A stretch of DNA of 64,000 bases from contig JBHGNT010000014.1 in the NCBI GenBank assembly GCA_043228905.1, positions 11,284,001 through 11,348,000 of the forward strand, read 5' to 3'. The translations under genes and the position numbers were made by a program. Under the pieces are notes generated by a model, which had not been told where the DNA came from, made no database searches, and saw nothing but the letters and a program-made list of their open reading frames with translations. The DNA comes from Azolla caroliniana (taxonomy: Eukaryota; Plantae; Polypodiophyta). This document shows, one piece after another, positions 1 to 13,866 of this stretch; the stretch's first letter is position 1; the number at the start of each line of letters is the position of its first letter.

Positions 1-1070
1 TAATTTGTAAACATTCCGCTACGATCGTCGTAGTCGGAATTCGATGCATAATTCGTGAACATTCCGCTACGGTTGTCGTAGTCAAAGTTTGATGCGTAGT
101 TCGTGAGTTGTTGGCTAGTTGAAGCCAAGTCTCGTACCTTTTTTCGGCACTCCTCTTCATAGTGGTCATGTCTTCCATAGTACCCGCATTCAATCGGGTT
201 GTTACAATTGCTCAGTCCGGCATGATGACTCCCCATTCTGTCGAACACTCTAGGATCGTTCCTGTCCGCTTGCCATTGGTGGGAGTTACGCTCTTGAGTC
301 GGCCGACCATTACGACCTTGTTCGGATCGACCTCTATTTCCACAGACAAGATTTCTTCTATCATCCAATTGGGAGTAGAGCATATGACCCTCTAGTGCGT
401 TGCTCCTTTGTCGGGTGTGATTTTCCTCAACCAACAATATTGATTGGAGATTGAAAAATCAAGGAGGGTTCTCCCTTGTAAGGATGGCCGATCTAATCGA
501 GCCAAATCAGGGTGCTAAGCCGCCGAGGCATATTTGCACAATCTCGTCACCGTCGATTACGACATTAATCGAACCAAGGGCATCGCACAGATCCTTGATC
601 TTTAAGGTATAGCCGGTGATCGACATGTCCCTCTGTTGCATGTTTTTTAGCTCCTGTCGAAGTTGGAGCTTCCGTGCAGCCGTGTTGGCCGCAAAAATCT
701 TTTTGAGATTTCCCCAAGCCTCTTTCGGTGTTTTCGAATCTCGAATATAGCCAAGCATATGATCATGAATGCATGATGCAAGGCAATACAACACACGGCT
801 TGCGGCCTGCTCCCAAGCGGGATAGTCGGTGTGTGTTGGGTTGGGTTGAGTTTCGTGAGCTCCTTCAATGTAGCTCCAATAACCTTGTCCGATAAGGTAT
901 TGCTGCATTTTGTATTCCCAAGATGCGAAATTCGTTCTGTCAAGCTTCTCGATAGGAAGAGCGCTTCCATCTAAGTGTTCATTATGTCGATTTCTTCTCT
1001 ATTGATGTGCCGGTTCTATTGATCGTCGGCGTGTACCACAACACAGTTGAATATATTCGATTAACCACAC

Positions 1071-1082
1071 GCTCTAATACCA
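1071..1082 (-). promoter_or_regulatory. Primer-binding site (tRNA-iMet type) of C1
   Basis: Minus strand TGGTATTAGAGC, directly adjacent to the LTR. Confidence 0.85.
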
Positions 1083-1383
1083 TGTAAAGGAATGAGGAGC
1101 AAGAGTGGTTGAGATGTAGCGGAAGGACTCTGTGTGTACGTAAGGCAAAACAGAGAGGGAGGGAGGGAGGGAGAGAGAGAGAGAGAGAAGTTAAAATAGA
1201 GATAAACGACCATATCTTACATTAACCAAAATACTTCCAACAGTAACTAAGTTACAAGGGGTTGGTTTAAATACCAACTAAACTAGGGCAAGTTCCCTTT
1301 CTACTATTTACAAAACTAGCCTAGTATAACCATGAGCTAGTGTGAAACCTATTACTATGGGAAGTTGAGTTCGACTCTCAACA
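1083..1383 (-). repeat. 5' LTR of Copia C1
   Basis: TGTAAAG...CTCAACA termini; clearly similar to the LTR at 38224-38544; contains a (GA)n tract. Confidence 0.85.
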
Positions 1384-3756
1384 ACTCCATTAGTGGATGC
1401 TGCATCCGCCCAATAGAAGTTCGGCATGTGATTCTCATGTAACATGGCCTATGCTACCTCGAGTATTTGCCGATTCTTTCTTTCAGTGACTCCATTTTGT
1501 TGGGGTGTGTGTCGGCACAAGAATTCGCTCCAAATGCCTTTTCTTTGGAGTTAGGAGGTGAATTCATCGGTGAAGTACTCCTTTCCTCCATCCGATCGTA
1601 GGCATCGAATGTGCCGACCAGTTTATTTTTCAAGTTGGCTTTTGAGCTTTTGGAAGTGTGAGAGCACTTCGCTCTTCTTCTTCATCATGAAGATCCATGT
1701 GTGGCGGGAGTAGTCGTCGATGAAGGTGACGTAGTATCGGCATCCGCCGATCGTCGGCGTTTGAGCCGGTCCCCATACATCCGAGTGTATGATGTCTAGG
1801 AGGCATTTGCTTGTGTGGCTCTCCTTCGGGAATGGGAGTCGATGTTGTTTGCCCAGTTGGCATGCTTCGCATACTCGGTCAACTCATTTCCACTCGAAGG
1901 CTGGAAGTCCGATGACGACTCCCTTTGTTTGCATAGCTCGGAGCCGTTGGAGATTGATGTGGCTGATTATTTTGTGCCACAACTCGATGCTTGTCTCGGT
2001 TTTGCGACCTTTGGCATGCATGTCTGATTTCACCTCGTTAGAATCGAGGATGAATATTCGACCATCTCGTCATCCCTTGGCTATGAGTCGGCCATCTTTC
2101 TCGATGAAACAACCTTCGTTGTTGAAGCGGACATGCATGCCTTGCTCCACGATTTGGCCGACGGACACCAAATTCTTCGTTATTGTGGGCACATGCAAGA
2201 CATTCTTTATGCAAGTTTGCTCGCCTTCTTTCCCAAATGGGACATTACTGATGTGTTGAATGGGATGTGTGGTGTCGTCTCCCATCTCTATGAAGCTGGG
2301 TCGATCCGGTGTATGCAAGTCATTGAACCACTCTTTGTGGGATGTCATATGATGTGAGGCGCCAGAATTGACGAACCACACGTCTTCCGAATTGGAGGTG
2401 CTCGCGGTGTTGGAGGCCGACATAGAGTTCGCTCTATGCCTCATTACGAATAGTTCGCCGTAGTTGTCGTATTCGGAGTTGGTGGCATAGATCTTGAGTT
2501 GTCGACTTGTCGAAGGCGACTCGCTTCTTCTTTTTTGGCACTCCTCCTCGTGGTGGCCAATTTTTCCGCAATAGTTGCAAGTTACAGGCCTCATTTGCTG
2601 ACCTTGTTCGGCATGACAGCTCCCCCTTCTTACGAAGATTCATCGATGGCTTCCGTGAAGGTTTGAGTTCCCTTCGTGTGATGGGCCAAATTGGCCTCTT
2701 CTACCACCGTGACCTCGTCCTCGGCCACCATCCAAACTTGAGAAGAACATTTTTCCTTCTGACGTCTTCGTCTTGGTTCGGACGTGGTTCTCTTCGACCA
2801 ATAACATTGATTGGAGGTCGAAGAATGAAGAGCAGTTTTCTCTCGCCAAGATTGCCATCTGTAATTGATCGAATCATTGTGCGAGGCCGCCCAAGCATAC
2901 TTGAACCATCTCTTCTTCATCAACATTTATGTTGATAGAGCCAAGCGAGTCACAAATGCTCTTGATTTTGGCGATGTAGTCCAACACGGACATATCTTTT
3001 TGCAGAATGTTGTTCAAATCTTGTCGGAGTTGAAGCTTTCAGGCGGTCGTGTTGGTGGCGAACATCTTCTTGAAATTCCCCCACATCTCTTTAAGCGTCT
3101 TGGCATCTTGAATGTGGCTAAGCATGTGGTCATGGACACATGTTGCCAAGCAATACATAACTCGACTTGCCACTTGCTCCCATGTTGAGTAGTCGGCGTT
3201 CTTTGGGTCGGGTCGATGTTCTTGTGCATCATTGATCTAGCTCCAATACCCTTGGCCGATGAGGTATTAGGTCATCTTGTACTCCCAAGATGAATAATTG
3301 CTCCGGTCTACCCATTTGTGTGTTCATGTTGATTAGTGTCTTCACTTCTTTTTCTTTTCTTCCTTTGATCACATACACATGCTACATAGCGGCACTACGG
3401 TAGCGGATAGCCGGATTTTGTCGTCGGCCTCTCGAACACACAATCACGGAGACGGGTGGGCTTAGTGGATTTTCTAAACTACACACTCTGATACCATGTT
3501 AAGAATTAGGTAATTACCTATGGGTAAATTAGTACCTAATTATGTGATTAAGTTAAGCGGAAGATTAAGTGATATGTGTGTGTAAGTGTGTGTAAGTGTG
3601 TGAGCGGAAGAGAGAGACAAGTACACTTATGAGCAACACAAGATGGGGGATGATTAACTCTATATTAAATTATCATCATCATCATCGTCAAATACAAAAA
3701 TACCCACAATGAGGTATATATACATCTCATGTGCAAAGGTGCACATGTGTGAGTAG
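1384..3756 (-). mobile_element. Ty1/Copia element C2: degraded gag-PR-INT with PBS (3485-3496) and a 5' LTR truncated at its outer end (3497-3756)
   Basis: CNYCGKIGHHEEEC knuckle; protease remnant WFVNSGASHHM; integrase remnants at 1384-1900; PBS TGGTATCAGAGT; LTR matches the solo LTR at 39868-40333 only up to GAGTAG (3756). Confidence 0.88.
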
Positions 3757-5481
3757 GTTCTTCTCATTCATCATTGCCCGTGCAACCTCGACTATGTGCT
3801 GATTCTTCTGTTCGGCTACAACATTTTGCTGAGGTGTATGTGGACACAAGAATTCTCGTCATATTCCTTCCTTTTGGAGATATGTCATAAACTCATCCGA
3901 GAGATATTCTTTTCCTCCATCCGATCGAAGGCAACGTCCGTGCTGACCTGTGGCTTTTTCGACTTCATTTTTGAACCTTTGGAAGTCGTCGAACACTTTG
4001 CTCTTTTGTTTCATTGGGTGGAGCCAAGTATGCCTAGAGAAGTCGTCAATGAACGTGACATAATATCGGCAACCACTGAATGTACTCCATCTAGGGTCCC
4101 TTTGCTCACATTCCTCTCCTTTGGGAATGGATGTCGGCGTTGTTTTCCGAACTAGCATGCCTCGCATACGCCTGTACTCTCCTTCTCAGTAAATGTCGAG
4201 AGTTTGATTACGAGTCCTTTTGATTGCATGTTCTGGAGCTTCCGAAGATTGATGTGGCCAATTCTCTTGTGCTACAGTTTCAAGTCTGTTTCGATTTTGA
4301 GACCTTTTGCGAACATAGCCAATTTCACCTCCTCTGATTCGAGGATGAACATTTCGCCTTCTCGACGACCATGCGCTATAATTCAATCGTCCTTTTCGAT
4401 GAAGCACCCTTCATTGTTGAATCGTACTTGCATACCTTGTTCGACAATCTGGCCGAGCGAGACCAGGTTTTTTGTGATGGTTGGGACATGCAAGAAATTC
4501 TTGAGGTAGGTTTGTTTGCCGTTATTTCCGAATGGAACATTCCTGACATGTTGAATTGGGTGAGTCATATCATCTCCAGTTTCGACATAGCCAGGTCGAT
4601 CAAGCTTTGGTAATTCTTGGAACCAATCTTCATGGGACATCATGTGATTGGATGCTCCCGAGTCAACAAACCATATGCTATCTGAAGAAGGGGTGTTGGA
4701 CGGGGCCTATGACGACATCAAGTGTGCTTCATACCTCATTACGAACATCCCGCCACGATCGTCGTAGTCGGAATTCGAAGCGTAGTTTGTGAGTTGTCGA
4801 TTAGTCGAAGCCGAGTCTCGTATCTTTTTTCGGCACTCCTCTTAATAATGGCCTTGTTTTCCATAGTACCCACATTTGATCGAGTTGTTATGATTGCTCG
4901 GTCCAGCGGGGTGGCTCCCCCTTCTACCAAACTCTTTGGGACTGTTTCTATCCTCTTGCCATTGGAGGAAGTTACGCTCTTGGGTCGTCCGACCGTGTCA
5001 GCCTCGTCCGAACCGACCTCTATGTCCACGGTCGAATCCTCTTCTATCATCCGACTGTGCGTAGAGCATTTGACCATCATGCGCATTGTTCCTTTGTCGA
5101 ACGTGATTTTCTTCAACCAACAAAATCGATTGAAGGCGAAAAAGGAGGGAGGGTTCTCCCTCGCAAGAATGGCTGATCTAATCGTGTTGAATCAAGATGC
5201 CAAGTCATCGAGGCATATTTGCATCATTTCATCATCATCGATGCCGACATTAATCGAACCGAGGGCATCGCACAGCTCCTTGATCTTCAAAGTATCGCCA
5301 GTGATCAACATGTCCCTCTGTTGCACGTTGTTTAGCTCCTGTCGAAGTTGGAGCTTTCGTGCACCCGTATTTGCCGCAAAGATCTTCTTGAGGTTTCCCC
5401 AAGCTTCTTTCGGCATTTTCGAATCTCAAATATAGTCGAGCATGTGGTCATGAACGCATGATGCAAGGTAGTACAACACAC

Positions 5482-5915
5482 TGTTAACTCTTAGGGCCGG
5501 ACAATGGCCTAACACAGGGTGTCTACAGAAGACACTTCCCCAAAGGGTGTTATGGCAACCGGATTTGCCTCAACGCTTAATCCTACTTGATTAAGTTACT
5601 TATTATGATCATCTTTCATAACACACGCGTAAGATATAACAATTAAGACAGAACGGCAATTAACACAGAGAGATAACAATGGTTAAGCTTTTATTAATTA
5701 ACCGCTAATGATTACATTGTATCCGGCCTTTAAATAGGTTTCCGGTCTGTATTACAAAACGGTGCCATCCGCACCTGTTCGGGATCGGTCCGGATCCGGA
5801 ACGGCATACCGTTTCCGGTCCGTCCGTCCACACTCATAGCTTAATTACAACCACATTCCTACTACTTAAATAACTCTTTGTTTCCCACTCTGGACTCCTT
5901 TGCCGACCGGTAACA
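5482..5915 (-). repeat. 3' LTR of G1 (434 bp)
   Basis: Near-identical to 37490-37895 apart from a 28-bp indel and scattered substitutions. Confidence 0.95.
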
Positions 5916-5969
5916 CATGGCACGCCCGTGGGATAGTACCTTGTACGTCGAATCCACAACCGACCCTTG

Positions 5970-8739
5970 CTATTCTTCGTCCAAAATGTCCAAAATGCTT
6001 TGTTCGAGAGGCTCCAATGGTTCATCTGGAAGTGGTTGTTGTTGTTGCTGTTGTTGCTGCTCTGTTGATGTCTGCTGCGGCGGGTCCGTTGGTGGTTGTT
6101 GCGGCTGCTCCTCCGTTTGTGGCTCTGACACCGGCGTCTCCGTCGTTGCTCCCTGCGTCGTAGTGGTCTCCGGTTGACTGGTTCCCGGCTGGCCCTCAGC
6201 CGGCGATGGTTCCTCATCACTAAGGTTAACCGTTGCCGCTTCCCGTGCTTTTTCTTCCCGCACCCGGGACCGCTCGTAGCTTTCAAACTGGCTTTGAGCG
6301 TCCAACCTATCATCATCTAGCTGAGCTATGAGCTGCCTGACCTGCGCCAGCTGTTCATCTGCCAGGAGTTGGAAGTCGTCAGCCAGCTCATCCCGTATGG
6401 CGGTTAAGTCCTCGGAAGTCAACGTATAACAATCATCTCCTTCCTTTCGCCGGTTTGCCACATCCGCCCGTAGCAACTGGAGTTCCGCCGCGTTTTGTGC
6501 CCACTTTGTCCACCATTTTACGGAGCTTTCATCAATCAAGTGTTTTGTCTGATTTAGCCATGCCCGGAGGATGGACTGAATCCGGCTCGTTCCCAATTGC
6601 AATTTGGTTTCCGCCGCTTGTCGTTCCTCCTTCAGTTGTTTGATGATTTTGACGTTGTCCTCCGCCTGAGCCTTGTAATGCGTCAATTGCCTTTGATATG
6701 TGCTTTGTAATTTCTGCAATACTATTGACGCTCTCTCTTTGTCTTCCTACTGCTGCCTCTGGAGCTCTATCCGGACCTTCTCCTCCTCGTCCAAGCGTCT
6801 TGTATTTTCCGCCCGTTCGTCGGCGATCGCCGTCGCGGCCCGATCAACTACCTGCTGGAGCTTGGCCATCCGTTCTTTATGCTCCGTTTCCAGCCGTTTG
6901 TAGTCCCGGTGCAGGTGCTCAAAATCATCCGTCTTTTGCTTGAGTCGTGCGTTGATCTGACGACGGGCCCGGTCCTCGCGGTCCTTCTGCTGGCGAAGCT
7001 CTTCCTTTAGCCGTTCAATCTCTGTTTCCGCCGTTTTCCGTAGCTTGTCCTTTTCCTGCAGCACTTTGTCTTTCTCCTCCTTTAGCCGGTCGTACGCTTG
7101 ATGGCCTTTCCGGAGGCTCTCCTCTGCCCGGCGGAGGTTCTCAGCAGTCTTCTTTAATTCGGCTTCGGCCGCCGTCTTCAATTCTCGTTCACGGCTCCTT
7201 AGCGCTTCTTGTGCGGCAAGTTCATCTCTCAATTCCACAAGCTCCTGGGCTTGCGCTGCATCTCTTGCCGGAACGGTTTCCGTTGCCGGGGTCTTATTGC
7301 TATGTACAGGTCGTTCTATTTCTTTATTCTGTACACTTACCGGAGTCACCGGTGATTGGATCTGTGTTGCCGTTAAGGCCATTTTGGCCATCTCTGTCGT
7401 GACCTGATCCAAGTCTTTTTCAAGGCACCTGATTCTGGACCGGACCGTCTCTAGTTGTTCGGTTGTGACGAGCAACCGTTCGCTTTGCGCTCTTTCTTCC
7501 GCCTCAATATACCCCACTACTCCGGCTATCAGTTCGCCTATCCACCGGAGCCACAGGCTACCAGTGCCTTGTTGTGCTTGCACGGAGGTTTGACAGATGG
7601 GCTCACTTGTAGAGGGGTGTTCCCGCCTGGTTGCGCCGAGTTGTAGTTCTGTTTCTGCCCGTGGACCACCCTGCTGTCCTGGTTCCCCTTGCGCTTCTCC
7701 TTGGCTGACCGAGGGAGGCTGCATTGACCTTTCTGACTCTAGCAGGATGGGACTTGCCGGTGTTGCCGGTGGTGCCGGGGCTTCTGTTTCCGGTGCCATA
7801 TGCACCGGTTCCGGTTCCCTCCTTGGCGTGGGAGTCTCACTAAGGGGAGCCGGTGTTCCCTCCATCTGAGGGTCCGAACGTTTTCCGGCTGTCTCAACGG
7901 TCCTTGCCGACAACCGTCGTTGGAGGTGCTCTGTGGGCTCCTCCTCTATTTCCTCCTCCCGAGCTCCGGCATTGAGTTTTGCCGCCAAGGGGTCCGCTTC
8001 TCTATTCACCAGTCGGCGGAGTGTGACCTTTACGGGCCGTGCCGGTGGTTCCTCCTGCGCCTCCGTTGGGTGCTTCCGGCTACCGCTTCCTGCTGCCACC
8101 TGTTCTGCATCCGCGGCGTTTCCCTTAGTGGCCTTAGAGGCCAACAGCTGTTGCCGTTTGGAAGCCGTCCTTGGGGTGCCGTCCGCCACTCTTCCTCGCT
8201 TCTTGGGCTGGACGGGCTGGACGGGTGGCACAAGCAAGGTGAGCCACTGCGTTATGGCGTGCCATATCCTCCGTCCGTCTCAGCCTTCTTTGTCGTCTTT
8301 GCCTCTGACGATCTCGATCGCCGCACACAACCCATCGGCGATAAATACCGGCCAATCCACCTTGATCTCTTCATATGTGGCGATGATCATCCCTACCCGG
8401 TTCTGTGGCATGACAAGGGGGTCTAGGGTACACGTGGCCGTATTCGTGGAGCACACGAGCAATTTCGCGGAACAGCATATCTGCGCCGCCCTGTGTCCGG
8501 TAGCCCTTGCTGGCTAGAGAGTACTCACCAAAATACCTGATGAGTTGCTCCGGGGTTGGATTGTCGATCGTAAGTATGCCTCCCTCCGGAAGGCCTGTTA
8601 ACGCTCAAATCGCCTCTGCCGTTATGACCTCTGTGTCGATTTCTTTGATCACTTTGTCGGCTTCTTTGTGTGGCGGTACTTCCATCATCATCAAGAAGCC
8701 CTCGAGCCCGTGTTGCTTTAGCCATGTCTTGGCGGCTTC
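5970..8739 (-). pseudogene. Extra 3' ORF of G1 (conserved N-terminal domain, Pro/Glu-rich linker, long coiled coil), disrupted; its start lies at 24844
   Basis: ORF pieces 8605..8796, 8280..8462, 6747..8237 and 5970..6719; homologous to the G2 extra ORF (IATYEEIKVDWPVFIADGL vs IAAYEGLQVDWLHFITEGL). Confidence 0.8.
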
Positions 8740-8981
8740 TGTTGTCTGCCTGGCCGGACTAGCCTCAACACAAGTGTCTATCTGACACTTCTCCAAAGGG
8801 GTGGTAAGGATTGGATGCTAGGTTACACGCGTAAGATGATTACTATTAAGCACAGACGGTAAACAATACGAAGATACAGATAAACACGCAATAATTACTT
8901 TTGTATTACTTCCGTCAAACCCTTTACAAATCATCGGATCCTTTTATAGGCATCCGGCAAGGTTACAATCAGTGCGCTTAG
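8740..8981 (-). repeat. 3' LTR of G2 (outer part only, interrupted by G3)
   Basis: Matches 24238-24479. Confidence 0.9.
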
Positions 8982-9462
8982 TGTTAAGAGTCTATTACTA
9001 ATCAATAGACCAAATCAAGTAATAAGGAAGAAAATAGATTGGATAGAAGAACCCGTTCCACCCGACCACCCCCGAGCTATGATCTAGACATAGCCAACCT
9101 ACCACCGACATCCCATACCGCCGGATATTAGGATGACTAATACCTTGGAAGAGATAAACACGATCGTCGAGACGAAAGCCTAGCCCACACCACCGGTGTC
9201 TACGACAGCAGCCTTCCGACATGATGATCCCTATGAGGGTAGCTAAGCCTCATATTTATACCTTTTCCTAGGCCCCTTGAATAGATGTGCCTTTCTAAAA
9301 GGCTCTCTATTCATTGGTTGTCTAAATCATGATAGTGCATGCACATATCATTCATTCTACCCAATCATTAGTCCCCTTTTTAATAATAGTGAACATACCC
9401 TTCACTAATGTAAATATTAGTGACCTACCCTCACCAACGTTATGTGTACATAACATACTCCC

Positions 9463-12400
9463 CTACTTCAAAAGATTGCACTCTTGCAATATAAAGTGAG
9501 GAAATTGTGCCTTAAGCGAATGCTCGCGTTCCCATGTGGCATCATCAATAGGTTTATCCATCCATTTGATCTTGAATAGCCGAATCTCTTTAGAACGTAA
9601 ACGTTTAGTACGAGAATCAAGAATTCGTTCAGGAACATGAGGTTTGTAAGAAAAATCCTCTAATGTTACAAGATCTTGGATTGTGATGGTGTTATCACCA
9701 GAGCCTAAAAATGGTTTTAGACGACTGACGTGAAAAACAGGATGAATACCAACGTTACGAGGTAAGGCAAGGTGATAAGCAGATGACCCAACTCGCTTAA
9801 GGATTTCAAATGGGCCACAATATCGTGGGGCTAACTTAGCGCACTTGCCCGTAGATAATGACGTAGAATCAGTCGGGACACGCAAAAAAACTTTTTGACC
9901 AATAGTAAATGCACGAGGACGTCTATCCTGATCAGCATAAAATCGAGCACGATCTTGAGCTATCTTGACATTTTCTTTGGCAATATGCAACATTTGGTTC
10001 ATGTCTTGCAAAAAATTGCGTGTACTGTCTAATGTATCACGATGAATCGTGACATCAACTGGGGCACGTGGCTGAAAACCATACATCAACATAAAAGGAC
10101 TATATCCAATGGATGTATGTTTAGAGCTATTATAGGCAAATTCTAAGATAGGAAGGTATTGCTCCCACTTAGAAGGGGTTTTTGCTACATAAGCTCAAAG
10201 CATGTCCTCAATAATTTGATTAACTCGTTCAGTTTGTCCATCAGACTGAGGATGATCTGCGGAACTCATGCTCAACGTAGTTTCTAGTTTCTTAAAGACC
10301 TGAGTCCAAAAGTCACTAGTAAACTTGGAATCTCGATCACTAACAATATCCATCGGTAATCCATAAAAACGAAATAACTCATCAACAAATTGATAAGCCA
10401 ACTGTTGAGCGGTTACCGTGGTTTTTGTAGGAATAAATCTAGCTAATTTTGTTAGCTTGTCAACGACAACCCATATGGCATCATGACCCCTCTGTCTACG
10501 AGGTAAACTAACAATAAAATCCATCGAGATACTTTCCCATTTATTGTTGGGAATATCTAAGGGATGTAAAAGACCAGCAGCTTTAAGTCGCTCCGACTTA
10601 TTAATCTGACATTGTAAGCATTGAGTTACGTATTTATGCACGTCAGAGCGCATCTTAGGCCAGAAAAAAGTACACGAGATGAGAACGAGTGTGCGTTGTA
10701 TTCCAGGATGACCAGCAGATGGTGCATCATGACATTCATGAAAAAATTTCTGTTTAACATTTCGTAAATCTGGAACACAAACCTTTCCACTACGGTAGAG
10801 CAAACCGTTTGTAATGTGAAAGGTCGCCTTCGAGGGTAGGGTGCTAGTATCGGCATCTAAACCAGATTCGGCTTTCGTCCAGTATTTTGAGAAATAACTG
10901 TCATCAAGGTATTTCCCTCGAAGGTGATCTAAAAGATCAGATTTTATTTCCGTGAAGCTAAGCATGTTAACTTCTTTAATGGGACTAAGAGCATCAGCAA
11001 CGGTGTTCATAGAACCCTTGCGATATCGTATGGAAAAATCAAAATCTTGCATAAGGTCAGCCCAACGGCCTTTACGACCAACAAGATCGGGCTGGTCACA
11101 AAAATACTTTAATGATTGATGGTCTGTTGTAACCACAAATTTATTTCCATAGAGATAGTGCCTCCATGTTTTAAGTGCGTGTATCACCGCAAACAACTCT
11201 TTCTCTTGAATCGAATACCGAGATTGAGCAGCATCAAGCTTCTTACTTTCAAAAGCGATAGGGTGACCACCTTGATAAAGAACGGCACCAATAGCATAAT
11301 CACTAGCATCGGTTTCAATTGAGAAAGGCTTAGAAGGGTCCGGTAATAGAAGAGTGGGAGCTAGACACACATGCTCTTTGAGTGTCTCAAATGATTTGTC
11401 AAGTTGTTCATTCCATGAAATTGGTTTGACAGACTTACGTGGATGACCTTTTAAAAGGTCAGTTAATGGCGTAGTCAATTTGGAATAGTTACGAATTGAT
11501 TTTCGTAAAAATCCAACAAACCCTAAGAATGATCTAAGTTCACGAATATTACGAGGAATGGGCCAAAGTTTAACCTTTTCAATACGAGAAGGTTCAATTT
11601 CAACGCCATTTTCTGTAATTAAATGACCTAGGTACACAATAGATTTTTGGAAGAAGTCACATTTTGAATGTTTTGCATAGAAAGAGTTGTCACGCAACTT
11701 TCGCAAAACAAATCGAACATGTTGAACATGATCTTGCAAGGTACGGCTATATATCAAAATATCATCCAAGAAGACGACAACAAAATCACCGAGTTGATCT
11801 CGGAAAACATCATTCATCGCTTGTTGGAATGTGGCTGGAGCATTAGTCAACCCAAACGGCATGACTAAAAACTCATAATGGCCATAGCGCATACGAAAAG
11901 CGGTTTTAGGAATATCATCCTCGGCGATGCGAATCTGATGAAAACCAGTTCGTAAGTCAATTTTCGTAAAATATCGAGCCCCGTGCAAACGATCAATCAA
12001 ATCATCGGCACGAGGTAATGGATATGCATTCTTAATTGTCATTTTATTCAAACGGCGATAATTGATACACATTCGCCACGAACCTTCCTTCTTCTTGACT
12101 AATAGAACTGGCGCACCCCAAGGTGATTTACTATACCTAATGTGGCCCATACTCAAGTATTCCTTAAGTTGTTTAGCGATCTCATCCTCTTCTAATCGAC
12201 TAAGTTGGTAAGGTGGAATGCTCACAGGAGCAGCCCCAGGGATGAGTTCAATTTGATGGTCCACATTACGTTTAGGTGGTAAAGTAAGCGGTAATTCAGT
12301 AGGAAACACATCTTGAAAATCCTCTAAAATAGAGTCGAGTAATCGTTGCTCAAAATGTGGTAATTGTGTGGCGTCAATATTAAAATAATAAAATTGAACC

Positions 12401-13866
12401 GCAGGATCAATTACACACGAATAAATTAATGAACTAGAATACTCACTTAAAGATTTAGAAGACACAAGTGAATGAGAAGGAAGTTTGGAACATTGAATAA
12501 AATGTTTACAATTATTAAGTTCAAATGTGATTGAGTGATTAACCCAATCAATGGACAAAGAAGGGTTTTTATTAAAAAACCAAGGATATCCTAAAATGAC
12601 ATCTGCGGATTGTAATTTCATAACATGAAAGTCAAGCTTCTCCAAATAAGTATCTATTTGAATTGGCAGTTGACAAACAATGCCACTGATGTATTGAACG
12701 TTTCCATTTGCCATGTGAACTTGATAGATATGATCACTTGCGTTTATGTGGAGCTCCATTTGCTGCACAAAGTGATCATTAAGAAAATTGTGAGAACTAC
12801 CGGAATCAAACAAGAAATGTGCTTGTGTTCCATTGATATATCCGACTGCTCGGAGTAAATCATTAGGTCCAAGTAAATGTGAAGGAAAAGTGCATTCACA
12901 TAAACTTAAGTGATTGGTATGAACTTCAACAATATCAAAAGACTCACCTGTGTTACTTGTAGATTTGTCTTGAGGAGGGGTGTTCATTGACTTCCTCTCA
13001 AGACGACGACAGGTATCCTTTGTGTGGCCCTGCTTCTTGCAATATGCACAGAAGAGGTTCGGTTTCTTTGAGTCGCAGTCAAGAGTGTCACTGGATTGCT
13101 TACGTTTCCCAATGAACTTGACATTCGGAGTTTTGGCGAACTCAGGTTTATTGTGGTCTTTCTTGGAAGTCCTATGGTATCGCAGCACAATGTTGACGGC
13201 TTCCTCGAAAGTTGTGGGGTCCTTGTCATGGACAATCCAATGATAATCCCCATTGGGAATACCATTCAAAAAACAAGCGACAAACCATTTCTCACCCGTA
13301 AGTCCCGATTTTTGGATCTGGGTCCGAGCGTGATGCACATAATCCTTGAGAGAGGTAAATGGCTTACTAGACAATGTGAGCAAGTGCTGCGCTTGTTCGG
13401 TTTGAGAAGGTGGCTGCAAGAATTGTTTCTTAAAAACATCAACGAAACCTTCCCAAGTTGTGGGTAAGTTTTTTGCGGTCCTTAGGCCACGCCACCAAGC
13501 AGCAGCTCGGCCACCTAACTCACGACCAACATAACCAATTTTTACTGCATCGGGCTTGGGATGAAGCTCAAAGTGAGACTCCCAACGACCAAGCCAAGTG
13601 CTAATAGCCTCCTCGGTTCTTTCTTTCTTATCTCCCTTGAAAGGCGTGACTACGAAGGAAGGTTCACCTTCTTTCTTGGACTCAATAGTTAATTCTTGGA
13701 ATTTCTTTTCCAATGCCATATTGGCCTGTCTCATTTAGGCCAATTGATTCAAGGTAGTAGTGAGCAATTGCTCAATAGTGATCTCAGCTTGTGTGCGAGA
13801 TGCGGATTGGGGTTGAGAGGTCTCATTTGGAGAGATCGTTCCAACTGCGTTCAAAACTTGTTCCAT
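9463..13866 (-). pseudogene. G3 gag-pol polyprotein (GAG-PR-RT-RH-INT-chromodomain), one reading frame with two in-frame stops
   Basis: CAYCKKQGHTKDTC; FDSGSSHNF; KIDLRTGFHQIR and FLDD; HPQSDGQTER; chromodomain PERILDSR...IKWMDKPIDDATWE; stops TAA 13735-13737 and TGA 10195-10197. Confidence 0.9.

Larger units (their letters stand above)
1..1383 (-). mobile_element. Ty1/Copia element C1, 5' part (5' LTR, PBS, degraded gag); runs off the left edge of the window
   Basis: UBN2-type gag ORF 507..908 (YLIGQGYWSYIEG...AARKLQLRQEL); zinc-knuckle remnant near 150-220; PBS and LTR listed separately; inserted into the integrase of C2. Confidence 0.9.

Noticed and set aside
5970-8237. Captured host SMC/myosin-like gene or a true env gene
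   Set aside because: The coiled-coil similarity is compositional, the ORF sits at the same position in two related elements, and no signal peptide or TM segment is visible.
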